Assembly: GCA_030141605.1 (NCBI GenBank)
Contig: JAQGDQ010000060.1
Location: 558,001-622,000, forward strand
DNA length: 64,000 nt
Source of the DNA: Tubiluchus corallicola
Taxonomy: Eukaryota > Animalia > Priapulida
Direction of reading: 5' to 3'
A model generated the notes under the pieces. It worked only from the letters and a program-made list of their open reading frames with translations, did no database searches and was not told the DNA's origin. Within the stretch, counting starts at the first letter, position 1; every line of letters begins with the position of its first letter. This document shows positions 13,101-26,901 of the stretch, in pieces. Position numbers and translations under genes: made by a program.

Positions 13101-13923
13101 GCAATTAAATCTACTAAAAGTATATGATCTGTATAAATTAGAACTATAAATTGAAAAATAATTCACTCCCGGATCTCTTCACTTTAGCACTTTACATGCA
13201 TCACCATTCTACTAGGTTTGCTGAGATATTTTACTTATGTACTTGGAGTACACCTATACATTTTTTTCATTGTTACGACGCCTTTAGTTTTTGTTTTAGT
13301 TTTTGCTATATTTCGATTTCATTTTGTCTTATTTACAGTTGACTTAGTTTTCAATGGTTTAATTTCTCTTTCTCGACAACTTCAGTCATTGGTGTTATTA
13401 ATACAACATTTCAGTTTTGCTTTTTCTTATTTGCTCCTGTTCTTTTGTTTTAGTATGATTTATATTTAGCTTATCTTTCTTTGGTTTAACTTAGTATATT
13501 CTTTTTCTTAACATCTTTGGTTGATCATTCTACTGTTTTTTGTTTTTTGTCTGATTATGAAGTTAATGTTCAAATTATGCATTTTCTGTCATGTTAAAAT
13601 TTTCACTTATTTTTATTTTGTTTGCTTCGCATGATTCGCAGTAGTTTAGAACTGTAAATTTTTGTTTATTTAAATTAGTGTTCTACAGTATTACACTTCC
13701 CATCATTTAATTGCCAATTACACGCATTAACCGAATACAAATTTAAATTGAGAACAGTGCCAAAATTAATTTTATTTAATCCTAGCTATTTAAGGGTGAC
13801 TGACTAGATAACCTACGGGTTCTTAGCTGCCCTTCTCCTTTCCTTCAAACATATTGCATGTATTCCTAATACTGTATTTTGATAATTCTTGCGAAATTAA
13901 TAAATAAATTGAATTGAAGTGAA
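10170..13923 (+). mobile_element. Degenerate CR1/L2-group LINE (PHD finger, APE endonuclease, reverse transcriptase, 3'UTR)
   Basis: Frameshifted ORFs contain CVSC..CDVCNMWVH..CLKC (PHD), DIIGISETRL, GGVAIY, GVIYRHP, PDHLPV, NYRPISLL, QFGFR, GVPQ(D)STLGPLL and LFADD. The element ends in an aataaataaattgaattgaa tail. Confidence 0.93.
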
Positions 13924-14279
13924 CATTGATAAAAATAATGGAACGATATCCGACCTCTCCTACAGCACGTTTTATTTATGTCGGTTTACTCTTCGTTGTC
14001 GATAAAAAGGATCCAACGTATTCATGGTAATGTCTGCTCAAACAGTCTATTAAAGTATTATAGACATTGCAACTTTTGAAGTCAGTTACCCTACCTGACA
14101 GTCAATCACCTAAAAACTCACTGAACTACTATACTGTACTGTTTTACTGTTAAATCAAATTCGGTAAAATGAGTGCGCCAACCACTAAATGACAGTACAT
14201 GGGAATGATAACGGAACCTTAATTTAACAAATTACACTTCGACGTTGCGAATTAGAATACAGAGCCCTCAGTTTCTCGC

Positions 14280-14430
14280 TCTCGTACCTGTAAAATCTCA
14301 ACAATTCTGATTATTTTAACGGAACACTTCAACAATCAACGGTTTTTCAATCCACAATCAGGCAAATGCGCCAACAAAATGGCAGAATTGGGGATGATGC
14401 CTACAGTCAGTGTGGCGGGCAGGTGCCCTT
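14280..14430 (-). promoter_or_regulatory. Putative promoter and non-coding first exon of the 7342-9069 ZNF gene
   Basis: Donor-like CAG|gtacga at about 14287; GC patch with caaaatggc (YY1-like) and gtggcgggc. Confidence 0.35.
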
Positions 14431-15563
14431 ATCGAGCATATCCTGTTACTCGTACAGTTCCGAGTTAGAACATTGGTCTGCAGCGTAGTCAGAGATTTTC
14501 CTATTTGCACGAGTGTTCAAAGTGCTATGTCCAAGTGTCCAAAATGTCATGCAATATCAAAATCACTAAACCCAAAATAATAGTTTGGCAACCCAGAACC
14601 ACTGTAATGTTCCTTTTCTTTAAAATGTACAAAAACAATAACCGAGTACAGAACATTTTTTGCACAAAATCATTGCTGAATCAGTGAGAATCTATCATGC
14701 TCTTATTAGGTGTAGAAGTCTTGCTCTTTTACAGCTGCGGTTTTGATGGACATAATCGAAGACTCAGAAACATCTAGGTCAAACGCAAACTCCCCCAGCA
14801 CATCTTACAGGTGTTTCATAAGTTTTTCTTTTGAATATTGATCAACTGTGACAATGATGTAAATGGTATGTTCTCGGATCACATTAGACTCCGCTCATGT
14901 CTTTCAGGATAGGTCTAATGTGTTTGTCGAAGTTGAGATTCAGCGAATTTCCAGGTCATTCAGTTTCATTTTCCTCGGACAATTATTGCAAAGAACTTTA
15001 TGTTTCCAAATTAAATACCACTATCAGCGTTACACAAGTGTAAAAATTGTAGAAAGCACTATCACACATCTCTTATTTTAGTTGAAGAGCCGCAAACCAA
15101 GTAATTCTTGTTGTAAATTTCTCCAAATTTTGGCTCGTGTATATTGCCAACAGCGGCGCTTAAAAAACAATGCTGACCAAACACATAGTTTTTCCCAAGT
15201 GCTTAAGAATCTGATTACACAGATTGTTATGCAAGTTGTATCTGTGGTTTTATACTGACTGACAAAGTGCAATGTATTATTATAATGTAATGTTGTAATT
15301 ATGAACTATTTCAACAGAAATGGAAAACTAACCTGCAAATTATTTTTGTTTGTACAGAATCCATAACTTTCAATTTCTTAACCGAAATATCCTTTCAGAA
15401 TATAAAACTACACAATGAAGTCTCAATTGGTTGTTTATAATTTTACTTTTTTTAATAAATAAACAGGTTTACTAATGACAATAATCACTTAATCATAAGG
15501 AACCAACCGATTAACAAACATCAAATATTAATTATATTATTACAATATTATTATTATTACAAT

Positions 15564-15675
15564 GGGTGAGGGGTGGTTGTGTGGTGTGGTATGGATGGTG
15601 TGGTGTGTTGTGAGTGGGGTGGTGGGTGTTTGTGTGGTCTTGTGTGCGTGGTGTTTGTGGGTTGTTGTTGAGTTT
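15564..15675. repeat. GT-rich low-complexity tract
   Basis: Irregular gtg/gtgg/gtt repeats. Confidence 0.8.
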
Positions 15676-16499
15676 ATGCGCAAAATTCTTTTTGCGGGGT
15701 TTGGCTAATCAAATATTAATCATGTAAAAAATATACCAGTTACAAAGCACCTATTTACATACTAATAAACAAGTAACAACACTGAATTAACTTTACTCTA
15801 CTATTGTTAACTTTACAATAATAGTTACCTGACATGATTCATACCTATTAGACTGCTTTAGCTAAAAACTCACGAAAATGTATGACATATAGTTTGTATA
15901 ATTATGTTATAATTATGCTGTTAGGACTGCAAAACAGTATCTAGCACTTAACACAGGGCTTGCTAATGTTGATGCTTCTGGCAAAATCAGACTGGTCTCA
16001 TTAAGACCAATCTCTTAACACAGTGAACTGGTAAAGGCGTCTTAGCCATATTTGCGTGTATATATCCTTGCAATAAAAGAAATAGCTGTGGCAGTTCGAC
16101 TGATAACTACCCAGAAATAGTTAGTTTCCCTAGTAATAAACTACTAATGTTTGCCTAATTTTGTTACTGAGAAGTGGTCACTCACTTATTCCTCTCACTC
16201 AGTAAGAGACTCTTAATTTGTGAGTTGGTTACAATAAAGTAAAAATTTAAAACAAGTATTTCATTAACAACTTTCTACTTCCTGTAATTCTCAAAAACTT
16301 CAAGTACAGATTATTTTTCAGATGGATATTGCTCAGAAAAAGTTATGAAAAACAAAGAGCAATGTGAGAAATTAAAAGAAAAGAAGGCAGTCGAAAACAT
16401 CTTTACCGTATGAGTGCCAAACCGAGTTATCCTCACTATATGAATTTTCAACAAGTGAACGTCAATGCGCATTTCTAGATGCAACTAGTAATCAATGGG

Positions 16500-18296
16500 C
16501 TATGCTTTAGTTCGATGCGGACATGTCTTCATGTGTCCAGCTAACAAATCTGTCCTTGTAAAAGCCTTGCCACAAAACTCACACTTGTGAGGTTTCTCTC
16601 CCGTATGAGTCAGTCTGTGTCGGGCTAGATTACTCCGCGTCGTATACGATGCAAAGCAAAAGTCGCAGAAAAATGAAGCCTTTTTCTTCTTCGCTCGTGG
16701 AAATGAAGATGATGCACGGTGTCTGGAATTGGCTTCATCGTGGGAATGACAGTTTTTCATCAAACTAGCATTTAATTGCAGATTGTAGGAATGACTGTTT
16801 TCAACTAATTCCACGTTTGTTTCTGGGTCATTGGAAAATGTCCTTTGACAGGCTTCCTGATGCTCATTTAAATCCTCATCAGTTGCAAACACTTCGTTAC
16901 ATTTATAGCATGACTTTCTGAAATTTTCAACACATGGTACAACTTCAGCTTCTTCTTTCACTGAATCACTAATGTCATTGTCAACATCTTCGAGAGTCGA
17001 ATTTAGGAACGGAACCGCTTGCGGTTCGGGAACACTTCGTTGCGTAGGCATCAGTTCATTCTCCATCGTAATAATTCCACTTTGAAAGCTCGAGTTTGGC
17101 ACATCTTTGACAAAATTCTCGCAGTCAGCAATCTTGTTATTTGGTGTCTCCTTTCCAGTATCATTAAGCAGAGTAAACTCATCAGCATAATGTGGTTGTA
17201 AACATTCCTGCTCTAAATGAACATCTTTGGCAGTCGTATGTATTCGGCTGTGTTGCATATAAGAGCCCTTGCTTCTAAAATGTCTTCCACAGATTGTGCA
17301 CGAATAGTAAGCTCGACTAACATCAACAGAATGTGAATCATGAACTAATTTGTGTCGCTTCAGCGCAAACAATGTATAAAACGCAGCTTCACACTGGTCA
17401 CACTTGTGAGGTCGCAATTGCCCAGAACTTCGCAAAATCGACACAGAAGGCAGGTTTCTCACACTTTTCTTTAGGGTATCTTCACCCGACTCTGTTGAAC
17501 ACTCACCAGTCATTTCTACGCCCGAAAGATCTTGCAGGGCCGAATTGTTTGTCTCTAAATTATCTAAGCCATGCGTGCGCAAGTGCTTCTTCAGTGTACT
17601 TCGTGCACGGAATCGTTTACTACACACATGGCACAAATGAGATTTTACATTCGTGTGTATTGCCATGTGAGTTTTAAGTACGTCTATGCGACAAAACCTT
17701 TTTTGGCACACAGAGCAACGATATGGTTTTTCCCCTGTATGAACACGTAAATGGCGTCTCAGTCCTTCTCGACTCGAATATTTAAAAGCACATATCTGGC
17801 ACTTGTACATTCCGCCTTGCATCCTATGCAAAGGTATACTTCTTGATAAAATATTTTGCCTGCCATTACTTGATAAGTTAACAGGATGTTCATCAAGCTC
17901 AGGTGCTTCCGAGCTATTATAATACGAAAACGCGTTATTACTTCCGATATCAGGTGCATTGACTTCTGCACTAATATTTGGATGTAGTTCTTCTGAATAC
18001 TGGGAATAGTCACTTGGTTCTATTTTAACTTCTAAAAATGATTCTTCAACACGATCAGCAGGTTTTACGATTTCATCACAGTTCTCACTGTCACCAAGCT
18101 CTATCCATTGCGTGTCAAAAAGTTTTGCAACAGCATTTTCACCTTCCAGTTCAGAATGATCGGAAAAGTCTGGATTGTTCCCTTCGTTAACCAAAATTCT
18201 GCAGTGCATATACTTGCTGTGTTCAAGGAATGAAGTTTCATTGTGTAGATATATCGAGCAGGCTGTGCATTTGTAGAACAGAGATACCTTTGCCAT
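16500..18296 (-). CDS. Multi-C2H2 zinc-finger protein (about 9 fingers in dispersed clusters)
   Basis: Intact ORF with HTGEKPY/H linkers; acceptor tttttcattttcag before 18318; in-exon ATG at 18296 (MAKVSL). Confidence 0.92.
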   Translation of the reverse strand: MAKVSLFYKCTACSIYLHNETSFLEHSKYMHCRILVNEGNNPDFSDHSELEGENAVAKLFDTQWIELGDSENCDEIVKPADRVEESFLEVKIEPSDYSQYSEELHPNISAEVNAPDIGSNNAFSYYNSSEAPELDEHPVNLSSNGRQNILSRSIPLHRMQGGMYKCQICAFKYSSREGLRRHLRVHTGEKPYRCSVCQKRFCRIDVLKTHMAIHTNVKSHLCHVCSKRFRARSTLKKHLRTHGLDNLETNNSALQDLSGVEMTGECSTESGEDTLKKSVRNLPSVSILRSSGQLRPHKCDQCEAAFYTLFALKRHKLVHDSHSVDVSRAYYSCTICGRHFRSKGSYMQHSRIHTTAKDVHLEQECLQPHYADEFTLLNDTGKETPNNKIADCENFVKDVPNSSFQSGIITMENELMPTQRSVPEPQAVPFLNSTLEDVDNDISDSVKEEAEVVPCVENFRKSCYKCNEVFATDEDLNEHQEACQRTFSNDPETNVELVENSHSYNLQLNASLMKNCHSHDEANSRHRASSSFPRAKKKKASFFCDFCFASYTTRSNLARHRLTHTGEKPHKCEFCGKAFTRTDLLAGHMKTCPHRTKA

Positions 18297-18667
18297 ATTC
18301 AACGTGCGAAATAAAAACCTGAAAATGAAAAACTGGATAAAATTCATGCAATCCAAATTTCAAGATTTTATTTTTCCTAATCACTGACAACTGTGCACTG
18401 GTGATAATAAAATACAATTGTAACTTTTCCAATTTATGTATTTCACATAAAATTAAAACTTCACAGTAAATTTAACCTAATAATTATAAGGGCATTGCAG
18501 GTGATATTGAACGTTTTCATTGACATGAGACATCACGTATTTTCTTTTGATCTTATCTGTCAAGCTACAACGTTCAATACAATACATCAGGGACCCAATT
18601 TTGGTAAAGTAGACTTTGACACTGTGAAATGTGATTTAAGTGCCGCTGCCAGGAGATTGCTGCTTAG

Positions 18668-19035
18668 TAGGGGTAAGCATTAAACGAATTCGAGTTCTTT
18701 TAGTTCAAATTCGATTCAAACCTAAAATCATAGATTCGAATAATTCAGCACTTCAACCACATACGTTAATTATCATCAAAACGCTTAAAACATCATGCAG
18801 CTAGCACAGTATAGCTATGATTTCTCTGTGCAATTTTCAAACAAATTATTAGTAGTTTTACTGCAGAGCAAAAATCGAGTAATATCATGATCTTCGTAAG
18901 ATCACTTTTTACTGGTGGTTGGAAAATCTTTCAAACTCAATTTGAATTCGAAATACTGAAATTCAGTTCGACAGAAATTCAGAAGTCACAAATTCGATTC
19001 GATTTCGCTTTTGAGCTAGATAATGCTCACCCCTA
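18668..19035. mobile_element. hAT MITE, TAGGGGTGAGCAT family
   Basis: TIRs taggggtaagcat / atgctcacccct(a); TSD ctgcttag / ctgctcag; internal sequence similar to the 33595-34015 copy. Confidence 0.9.
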
Positions 19036-20140
19036 CTGCTCAGCAAAGTAATGGTAGATCAAGCCTGACAATCTTTTGTACATAAGTTTCATGAGATTCA
19101 GCAGAAACACTGCGTCACATTACCATGAAAGTGGTGGAAGGTAAAAACCACCCGCATAAGAAGCAGATAAATGATTATATTTTTACTAAAGTTAGGGCCA
19201 AGCACGGATCTTATCAAAAATATGTTGCTACTATACAGGGAACTGCACTGAATACGCTCGAGCACGTAACGAGGCCAAGATCGCTTCGAGAAACGCTATT
19301 AGAAATTTTTCTGACAGAAAGCTAACACCTGAAAAAACAAACCCGAACCCATTTTATTAGAAAGATTTCCAAGTTGTCATACTGATGTTTTTGGTGTGAA
19401 ACAATCACCATAGAGTTCTAAGTACTGACAGTTCCACTGCAAAGATGGTAAATGGTAGAACCTGTTTCACACTGTATGCTAAGCATGAATAAAGAGATGA
19501 GTAAAAAACACTTTGCTCCTCTTGCACAAACTTATACATTCGTCATAAAACAGATCAACTCATGTGAATATGTCATGAGTTGGACCTACGTGGGGACTTC
19601 TTCCTGCAGTCTCAATTACTTGGAAATCTCAATGCATCGAACTAAAAACATGCGAACGTTTGATTACATAAATGCTTTCTGCTAACTTAGATTGTGTTTT
19701 AAAAACGTTTTGTATCCCAGAATAATAGTAAACCTTCTTAATTCATGATTATCGTAATTATTTCAATAAAGAAAACTAAACCTGCTAAACTGAACTGAAC
19801 CAACTCAACAATGGCTTTATGCTCGGTTAGGGCCCAGCACCTACCAGACGCACGCGATGGATAAAGATAAATTAAACGATGATGCTAATTCCTAATGACT
19901 TGGGCGATAATCCAAGGATATTACAAATGTAATGACGTGCAAAACGTGTGAAAATGTTGGCAAAACCTCTAAACCTAGCGATAAAAACTAAACTGTAACT
20001 AGAAATAAATTTGCATACAGGCTTAAGTTAACATGACTACACAAGGACATGTCATTGGCCTCTTGCATTGATGGACAGAAATGCACAAGCACTACAGCTA
20101 GGATAATGCTAATTTAAGTTTAATTGATATAATTAGAAAA

Positions 20141-20336
20141 ATAACATAATGATACTAATAATAACAATGGTTATGCCTATGGCTATGGTAACGATAATGA
20201 TGATGATGAATATTATTGTCATTATTATTATTATTATTATTATTGATGTTGTTGTTGTTATTATTATTATTGTTGTTGTTGTTGTTATCATTACTATTAT
20301 TATTATATTCATTAAATTAAGTTTTAATAATGATGA
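20141..20336. repeat. Compound ATT/GTT/GAT microsatellite
   Basis: Visible trinucleotide runs. Confidence 0.9.
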
Positions 20337-20564
20337 GTGACAAAGACACATGTTGCAATTACAACAGCGAAAGCAGTAGTAACACGAGAGCCACAAGCCA
20401 AACTTTGTGTTGCACGCACGCGTGGATGGTACACATTAATCCATCACAGAAGTGTCCTCTAAAACCATCTAATTTTCACAGTATTCACATGACAAGTGAA
20501 ATAAATGAGGAAATCCCATGATCCCATAGGAGTAGTGATGTAGAAAAACCTCACAGAATACTTC

Positions 20565-20567
<3 letters not shown>

Positions 20568-20610
<43 letters not shown>

Positions 20611-20645
20611 CCTCTCTCTCTCTCTCTCTCTCTCCTTCTCTCTCC
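20568..20645. repeat. (CT)n microsatellite
   Basis: Visible run. Confidence 0.95.
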
Positions 20646-22719
20646 TTAGGTCGTCCTTAGAAACTATATTATGAGCTCTTTATAGTTGCCTCAGATCAAC
20701 TTGCCTTCCGCAACTGAAAAGATCCTATGCACGACTGCAATGTGCGTGATACACGTCACATAGCATAGGCTTATATTAACCTGATAATTGTAAAATCTCA
20801 TTAGACAGAATTATTACTGTACGCACTGTACGGATACCCAAGTTCTATGCAAGCAGGTCGATTTCTTAAGTCAAATTTTACAGTTGCACACTACAGTTTG
20901 AATTTGTCATGTTTAGAAACCATCGATTGCACCTATAGTACGCCAATAATTTATAAGGCTTTCTGTTCAGCCGTATTATGCTGCGCTCACGTGAAATGCG
21001 ATTGAGCTTGAGCCATGGCAATATTATTGACAAATCAATACATGACATAATGAAACCGTTACCTGCTGGTGCCACGAAGTCGCCTCGACAATTATTATTA
21101 CCTGCGAGGCTGTCATTGTGTCAGCATAGTAATCTAGAGGTGAATTTTGCATGGCTTCACAACTGGTTTCATTAATAAGTAGCCGTAGCCAACTTGATGG
21201 AAACGTAAGTATGATGTAAGTATGTTAATACCTTTGACTTAATAAAATGGTCAGAGAAAAACTTTCAAGTTGTTTCAAACTTTTTAATGTGTTCTGGAAA
21301 AAAAACTGCGCGTTTGGCATTTTATGCTTAAGTTCATGAGTCTGTCAAGACCTGTTAATATTGTTACGAAGGCCCATTTTGACCAAACCTCTAAAGTTCG
21401 TAATGGCTATGGTTGAGCGCACTTGTATAATGCATGTGGTAATTCGGTGAGTTCAACCATGTTTTTTTGTATGTAAAGGTGAATGCTGTAGGCTTGCTAA
21501 CAAAAGTCTGTTCACATGTCCTTTTTTTGAAGATTCGAAGCTACTGGTTTATCTTGCACTCGTATTCTCGATCTTTTAACTTTTCTTATCTGCTTAGAAA
21601 CTTCATCACTTGTATGCAGCTCTAAACACCTTGAGACGGATTCGGGCTGGACACCGGTTTCATTGCGATTATTATGTAAATTGGATTGCAGCCAACTTGT
21701 TTATTGACGTGAACTTGTCTAGTCATGACAAATATTTTGAACAAGTGCATTCTTGGTTTCTGGCCTTCTGTTTTCCGCTTTGACATCAAAAGCTGCTATA
21801 GTCTACGTGTTACCATCGTAGGGAGAAGTTTTCCAGTCCATGTCTGATGTTTCTCGTTTAGAATAGTCAACTTCATGTCTGTATATGTATATGCATATAT
21901 ACGAATATGTAGAATAATTGCACCAGAACGACACTCCTTGTACACTAGCACAAAATGCTAGGTAAATGGATTCTTATTTCATCATTACATTTAGACAAAA
22001 TCCCAATTAAAATGTTAGCTCTATAGTACCTAATAAACATTTGCCTTTTCACGTCTTCATTAACAACACCTGCTCCAGATGTAATAATTATGACCAAGAT
22101 ATTTTTCACGAGAAGTAAAAAGCAATTTACACGAAGAATAGTAAATTCTGTCAAACATATAGTACCCCCACCAGACAACTATGGTTAATGTAAAACTGAG
22201 CCAGATTTTTTGGAATATTTGTTTCTGTATAAATATTGTGAAACAACTTATGCTAGTTGACACCGTAGAATGCTTAAGAGGCATCAGCAAAGCAGGCATG
22301 AAGTAGACTATTGCAACGAGAAACATCAGACAGACTGGACAACTTCTCCCTACGATTGTAACATATGTAGGTATGCATAATAGATATAGGCAAATGTAGA
22401 CTACATACAATAACTGTTTTAGATACTCAAACTGTTTAAGTTACCGTTTGATTCTAGTGCTTGACAATTGTTAGATCGAAATTTTCCTTATTTTCACGTT
22501 GTATTACGAAAATGTGACTACTCACTTATGTTACAATTGATTAATTCTGATAATAATATTTACTGCTTAACGGATTCATATATTTAGGTTTCATACAGAA
22601 TTGCGTAGCTTTTAGTGATTAACATTAAACAGTCGATTCGCTGCATTTTAACCAAAATTATAATCTGTAAACATTTATTTTGTTAATTTAGTCTTATAAT
22701 TTTAATTTTTTTCTGTGTA

Positions 22720-22820
22720 CAGTCAAACCTCGCTATAGCGCCACATTTTGGCAAAACAAAAAGTCCATATTTGCATAGATATGTCTGTATCAACGCAGCT
22801 CGTTATAATGCAGCATATGT
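22720..22820 (+). mobile_element. Terminus of a Tc1/pogo(Tigger)-like MITE
   Basis: TA followed by CAGTCAAACCTCGCTATAGCG, a pogo-type TIR; related sequence (gttatagcgccac...tatttgcat) at about 26902-27015. Confidence 0.5.
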
Positions 22821-25800
22821 GTCACAGTGAAATAACGTGAAGTTTTTATGAGTTTTTTTGTAATGAAGGACTAAGTCTTACGTTTACTTCGTATAGAAGT
22901 CATCAAATTAGTTTTTATTTCTCTACTGTCTGTAACGTTACTTATTTCAATTTTTTCTTTACCTTTTCGTTTACAATGGCAATTGGTGGATAAACTTTGA
23001 CAAACCCAGATAGCTAGAGACTGAAATGAAAAAACAACGAAACAGTTAGAATCACTGCAGGCAACAAGCTAAATAGCTCATAATGATTTTGATTTCTTTC
23101 GTGGTTCGTGATGGAAATTAAGTAACGCCAAACCTGGCGAGTAAATGGGTGAGTTACTGGCAGCCATCAGCCACACTGACTTTGGCAGTTTACTTTGTTG
23201 AAGGAGGATATATAGAAATTCACTGTCTCAACCTAAAGAATTTCTTTTGATAATTTTATAGATTCAGGTCGACCCACAATAATGATCAACATAGTGAATA
23301 GGCTTGACGATGAATTCGCATTGTAAGGTATGGGGACCTACAGTATAAGTGACAGGTCAGTGTAAACAATAACAAGCTAGACATGCAGATATTTGTTCTT
23401 ATTAGCAGTGTCAATATAATTGAAAAATAGTCCTACTCTAAAAACTGCTAGTTAACGTTTATTTGGTCCAAAGAATAACATTCCTACAGTACGCAGAAAT
23501 TTGAGCACCGGAAAGGGCATTATGACGTTAAAAAAGATGGCCGCCATTTGACCAAAATGAATGGGTATTTACTATTAATTTTAATCTGCCAGAATAATGA
23601 ATGGGTATTTACTATTAATTTTAGTCTGCCAGAATACTGAAAAAATGCTCATTTTAACTCGAAAGCGTGAAACTTTGCACAGTGTTACAGTTCACTAAGG
23701 TGGATAATTTTAGTTATGGAGACAGTCGAAGTTCACCCAATATGGTGGCAATTTTCTAGATGATCGACAATATTGCTGTTGGTAGTTTATAAGGGCTATA
23801 TAATAGCTATCAGAGTAGACAGGATAGTGATTTTTGTGTCTAAATATAGGTTTTCAAGGTCAAAGAATCCATGTCTGATTCTTAAATGCCCCTGCCGTAT
23901 CACCCCATTTACATATCAAACAAGACTACTAGTATTCGCACTTTCATTTTTTGAAATCGTTGCAGGTCTTGCCATCACGATAGTGTTGCGTGTTGCGCTT
24001 AATTTCTGAGCACAAAATTTTGCAGAGTTTGCGTGGTTAATTAAATTGCAACTTGGCTCGTTATACAGACCTGATAGATTTAGTACGTACCTACCTGCAC
24101 GTAAACGTCAGAATATTTTTAGTACTTTGAAGATCTAATCACTGCTACAGATATTCCTCATAAAAAGAAGCAAGCCTAATTGAGTATTGATACAACGGTA
24201 ATTTTCTTTACAATTGTCATCAATAGCTTTTTCGATGGCTAACATTACAGTATAATAATTTATACTGTATTACGTAGTATTGCACTGAGATGCGAGAAGC
24301 AGTCTATGTTTCTATTCTTTTCATAGATTATCATTTTAAAAACTGCAGTAGTCATTTTTTGAAAGCCCTTTATTCATGTTAGATGAAAGCCCACGTGAAA
24401 TACAGGTCCGCTTTGCCCGTGCTGTTTATGCCACGTGTGAGGGCATGCTGCTCTAGAATATGGAACGCAAACCTCATTCACCTATTACCGTATGCTGTTA
24501 CTTAGAGTGTTTTTAAGATACTTGCTGAATCTTTCTGGAAATCAGATTTGTTTTCCAATTTGTCAAACTTAACAGTTCCAAAACTAAAACAGCTAGAGTT
24601 GCGAAAAACTTGCAGGAATGAGACTTGGCATAGCGATGCTCACAGTAGCGTAGTGAAGGGGACCTTGAGTGAAAGACTCAAGGTTATTTTTTCTTTGTCG
24701 ACTCAACTTCTCTTAGGAATTGAATTAAATTCAATTTTTTACTGTTATTTATGTCTTGTAGTATGCACTGTAGTGTGCATTAAGTATTTTTCAGAAATTG
24801 CGGCCTGGTAAAGTGCTGTGAAAATTTGGACTAACGGCTTTGTTACTCAACTCGTCGTACAGTATTGCAGTAGGAGTCGCTGTTTATGTATGTGTGGGTA
24901 GCGTGTAGCATAGATGAGTAGGTGATGTAAGCGTGAGTGAGTGTAGATGTGCAATAAGCATTGTTTTTCGAACAATGAGTGTGACACAGGCGAACGTGTT
25001 ACAATGTGGTCGCTTCGACAACTCCATAAGTACAATTGCCAGAATCACAAAAGTCGCAGGGTAGGCACCTGACATGAAATAGGAGTGGGAACCCCTGGGT
25101 CAAAGTTCACAGTGGCAGCAAGAAAATGCGAAGTTAGGGCAAATGGCTTAGTCACCCAACTAAGCCTGCAGTATTCGATTAGGAATTTATCTTTTGCATG
25201 TATGGGTACAGACATTTTTCCAGTGTTGAGCAACAATAGCTTGTACTGTACTAAATAAAAGCCCTGGACGTGACATATTGAATGTTATAGGTTGACACGA
25301 GATTCATTTACCTTGAATCAAGGTCACGGGTCAAGATGTCACTAGTTGCGATTTCATTGAAATGAAATGCAATTCTTAGGTAAGTGAGTATGACAAATTC
25401 ATTGAAGACAATATTGAGACCAAGACACAAGGGACTGCGGTCACTTGCGGGCCCAAAAGTGACAAGTTCTTATTATTTTCATCAAAGCGAATTCCAATCA
25501 ACAGGTAATCGAGTATTCGGCAGTCATGTTTTCCACAGTCAGTAGTTGCAGTTTTAGTCATAATTTAAGACTTAGTCATAAATAGCAGTCCAGTTTTTAG
25601 CACTCCAAACCACCAATACACCTGCAACTCAATGACCGCGTTCATTAGGTGACGGTTAAGTGTAAATTCAGGTTTCTGGTTAATTCGTGTAATCAACTTC
25701 AATAAACACACACGCAGACAAAAATTCGAAACACAAAGCGAGGGGATGCAGCCACCAATGCGGAAAGAGTCCATATTGTTGTGATTATATCAGGGCAAAC

Positions 25801-26461
25801 ACTGATCGAATTCGAAAGCGCCACTGTCAGTTATTGTTTGCCTCCCCCCAATCCCACATTTTTATAATCTAATTGTTCCTCCTGCCTATAATGTATAGGT
25901 TTGGTTTTACAATTTCAAAAACGGGGTTTTCCGGCCCGCCCATATATATATATATACATTAAATAATTAAAGCATTGTTGTTGTTATTGTTGCTACCGCT
26001 GCTGTCGACTTGGGTATTGTAGGCTGTCGCTGTAACTATTGTCGGTACTGGTGCTGACGATGCTGTTGGCACCTCTGTTGCTATTAAGCTACTGTATTTG
26101 TTGTTTTTTATTATTGCCATGTTACTACTATTGAAGTTGCGAATTGTTCTTCCGGCAAAAAAAGTTTGTTCCCTCAGCGCATTTGCTTTTTGGCATACTT
26201 ACTGTCTAACCCCGAACCCTGACATGACCTGAATGGCTCCGTGATAGCAAGCAAAATCCTTCACTAAGCAAAGACGTTTTGAATATGATCTTTACTAAAA
26301 TTACCTTGAATAGGCTTCTACTAGGTGGCAGCAAAGGTCTCAAGTAGCGCTTCAAGAAAAACTATTTCGTTCTAGAAAACTGCGTGACTGTACATATTCT
26401 ACAATGCCCTTATCAGCAAATAAACAAATAGATGTATAGTATACAGTCACATGTTACAGTC

Positions 26462-26901
26462 CGGTGGCGGATACAGACTTCAGAAAAGGGTGGGCCCAAC
26501 GAAAAAGCAGCTAGGGAGTCTGGGGAACCCCGGCTAGCAATACACTTTACTGCATTTTAGACCATTTTTCTTACTATTTCCTCAAGTAAATTCAATAGTT
26601 TAAAACTCATTATGTCACCTCAAACTTTTGACTCTTAATTACACACCAGTATACTAGTATACACACTGGTACAGCATATAATTGCGCACAGCGACATCTT
26701 TGCCAAAAACTTCAATTATCACTTAAAGGGCACAAACGTTTTTACACTGAAATCATTAATGCAGAACTTTTTTACTCCATATAAGTCATTAAAAGCTACC
26801 ACTAAACGTTCTAAAGCTTATAATCCAGAGAAAGTATTCACTTGGTATGCTGTAACTGCTACTATGAAAGGGTGGGCCCAAGCCCCTTAAATCCGCCACT
26901 G
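26462..26901. mobile_element. MITE with C(A/G)GTGGCGGAT termini
   Basis: cggtggcggat ... atccgccactg; subterminal aagggtgggccca at both ends; flanked by a cagtc direct repeat. Confidence 0.75.

Noticed and set aside
20133-20396. ORFs rich in Ile/Thr/Val
   Set aside because: Artefacts of trinucleotide microsatellites.
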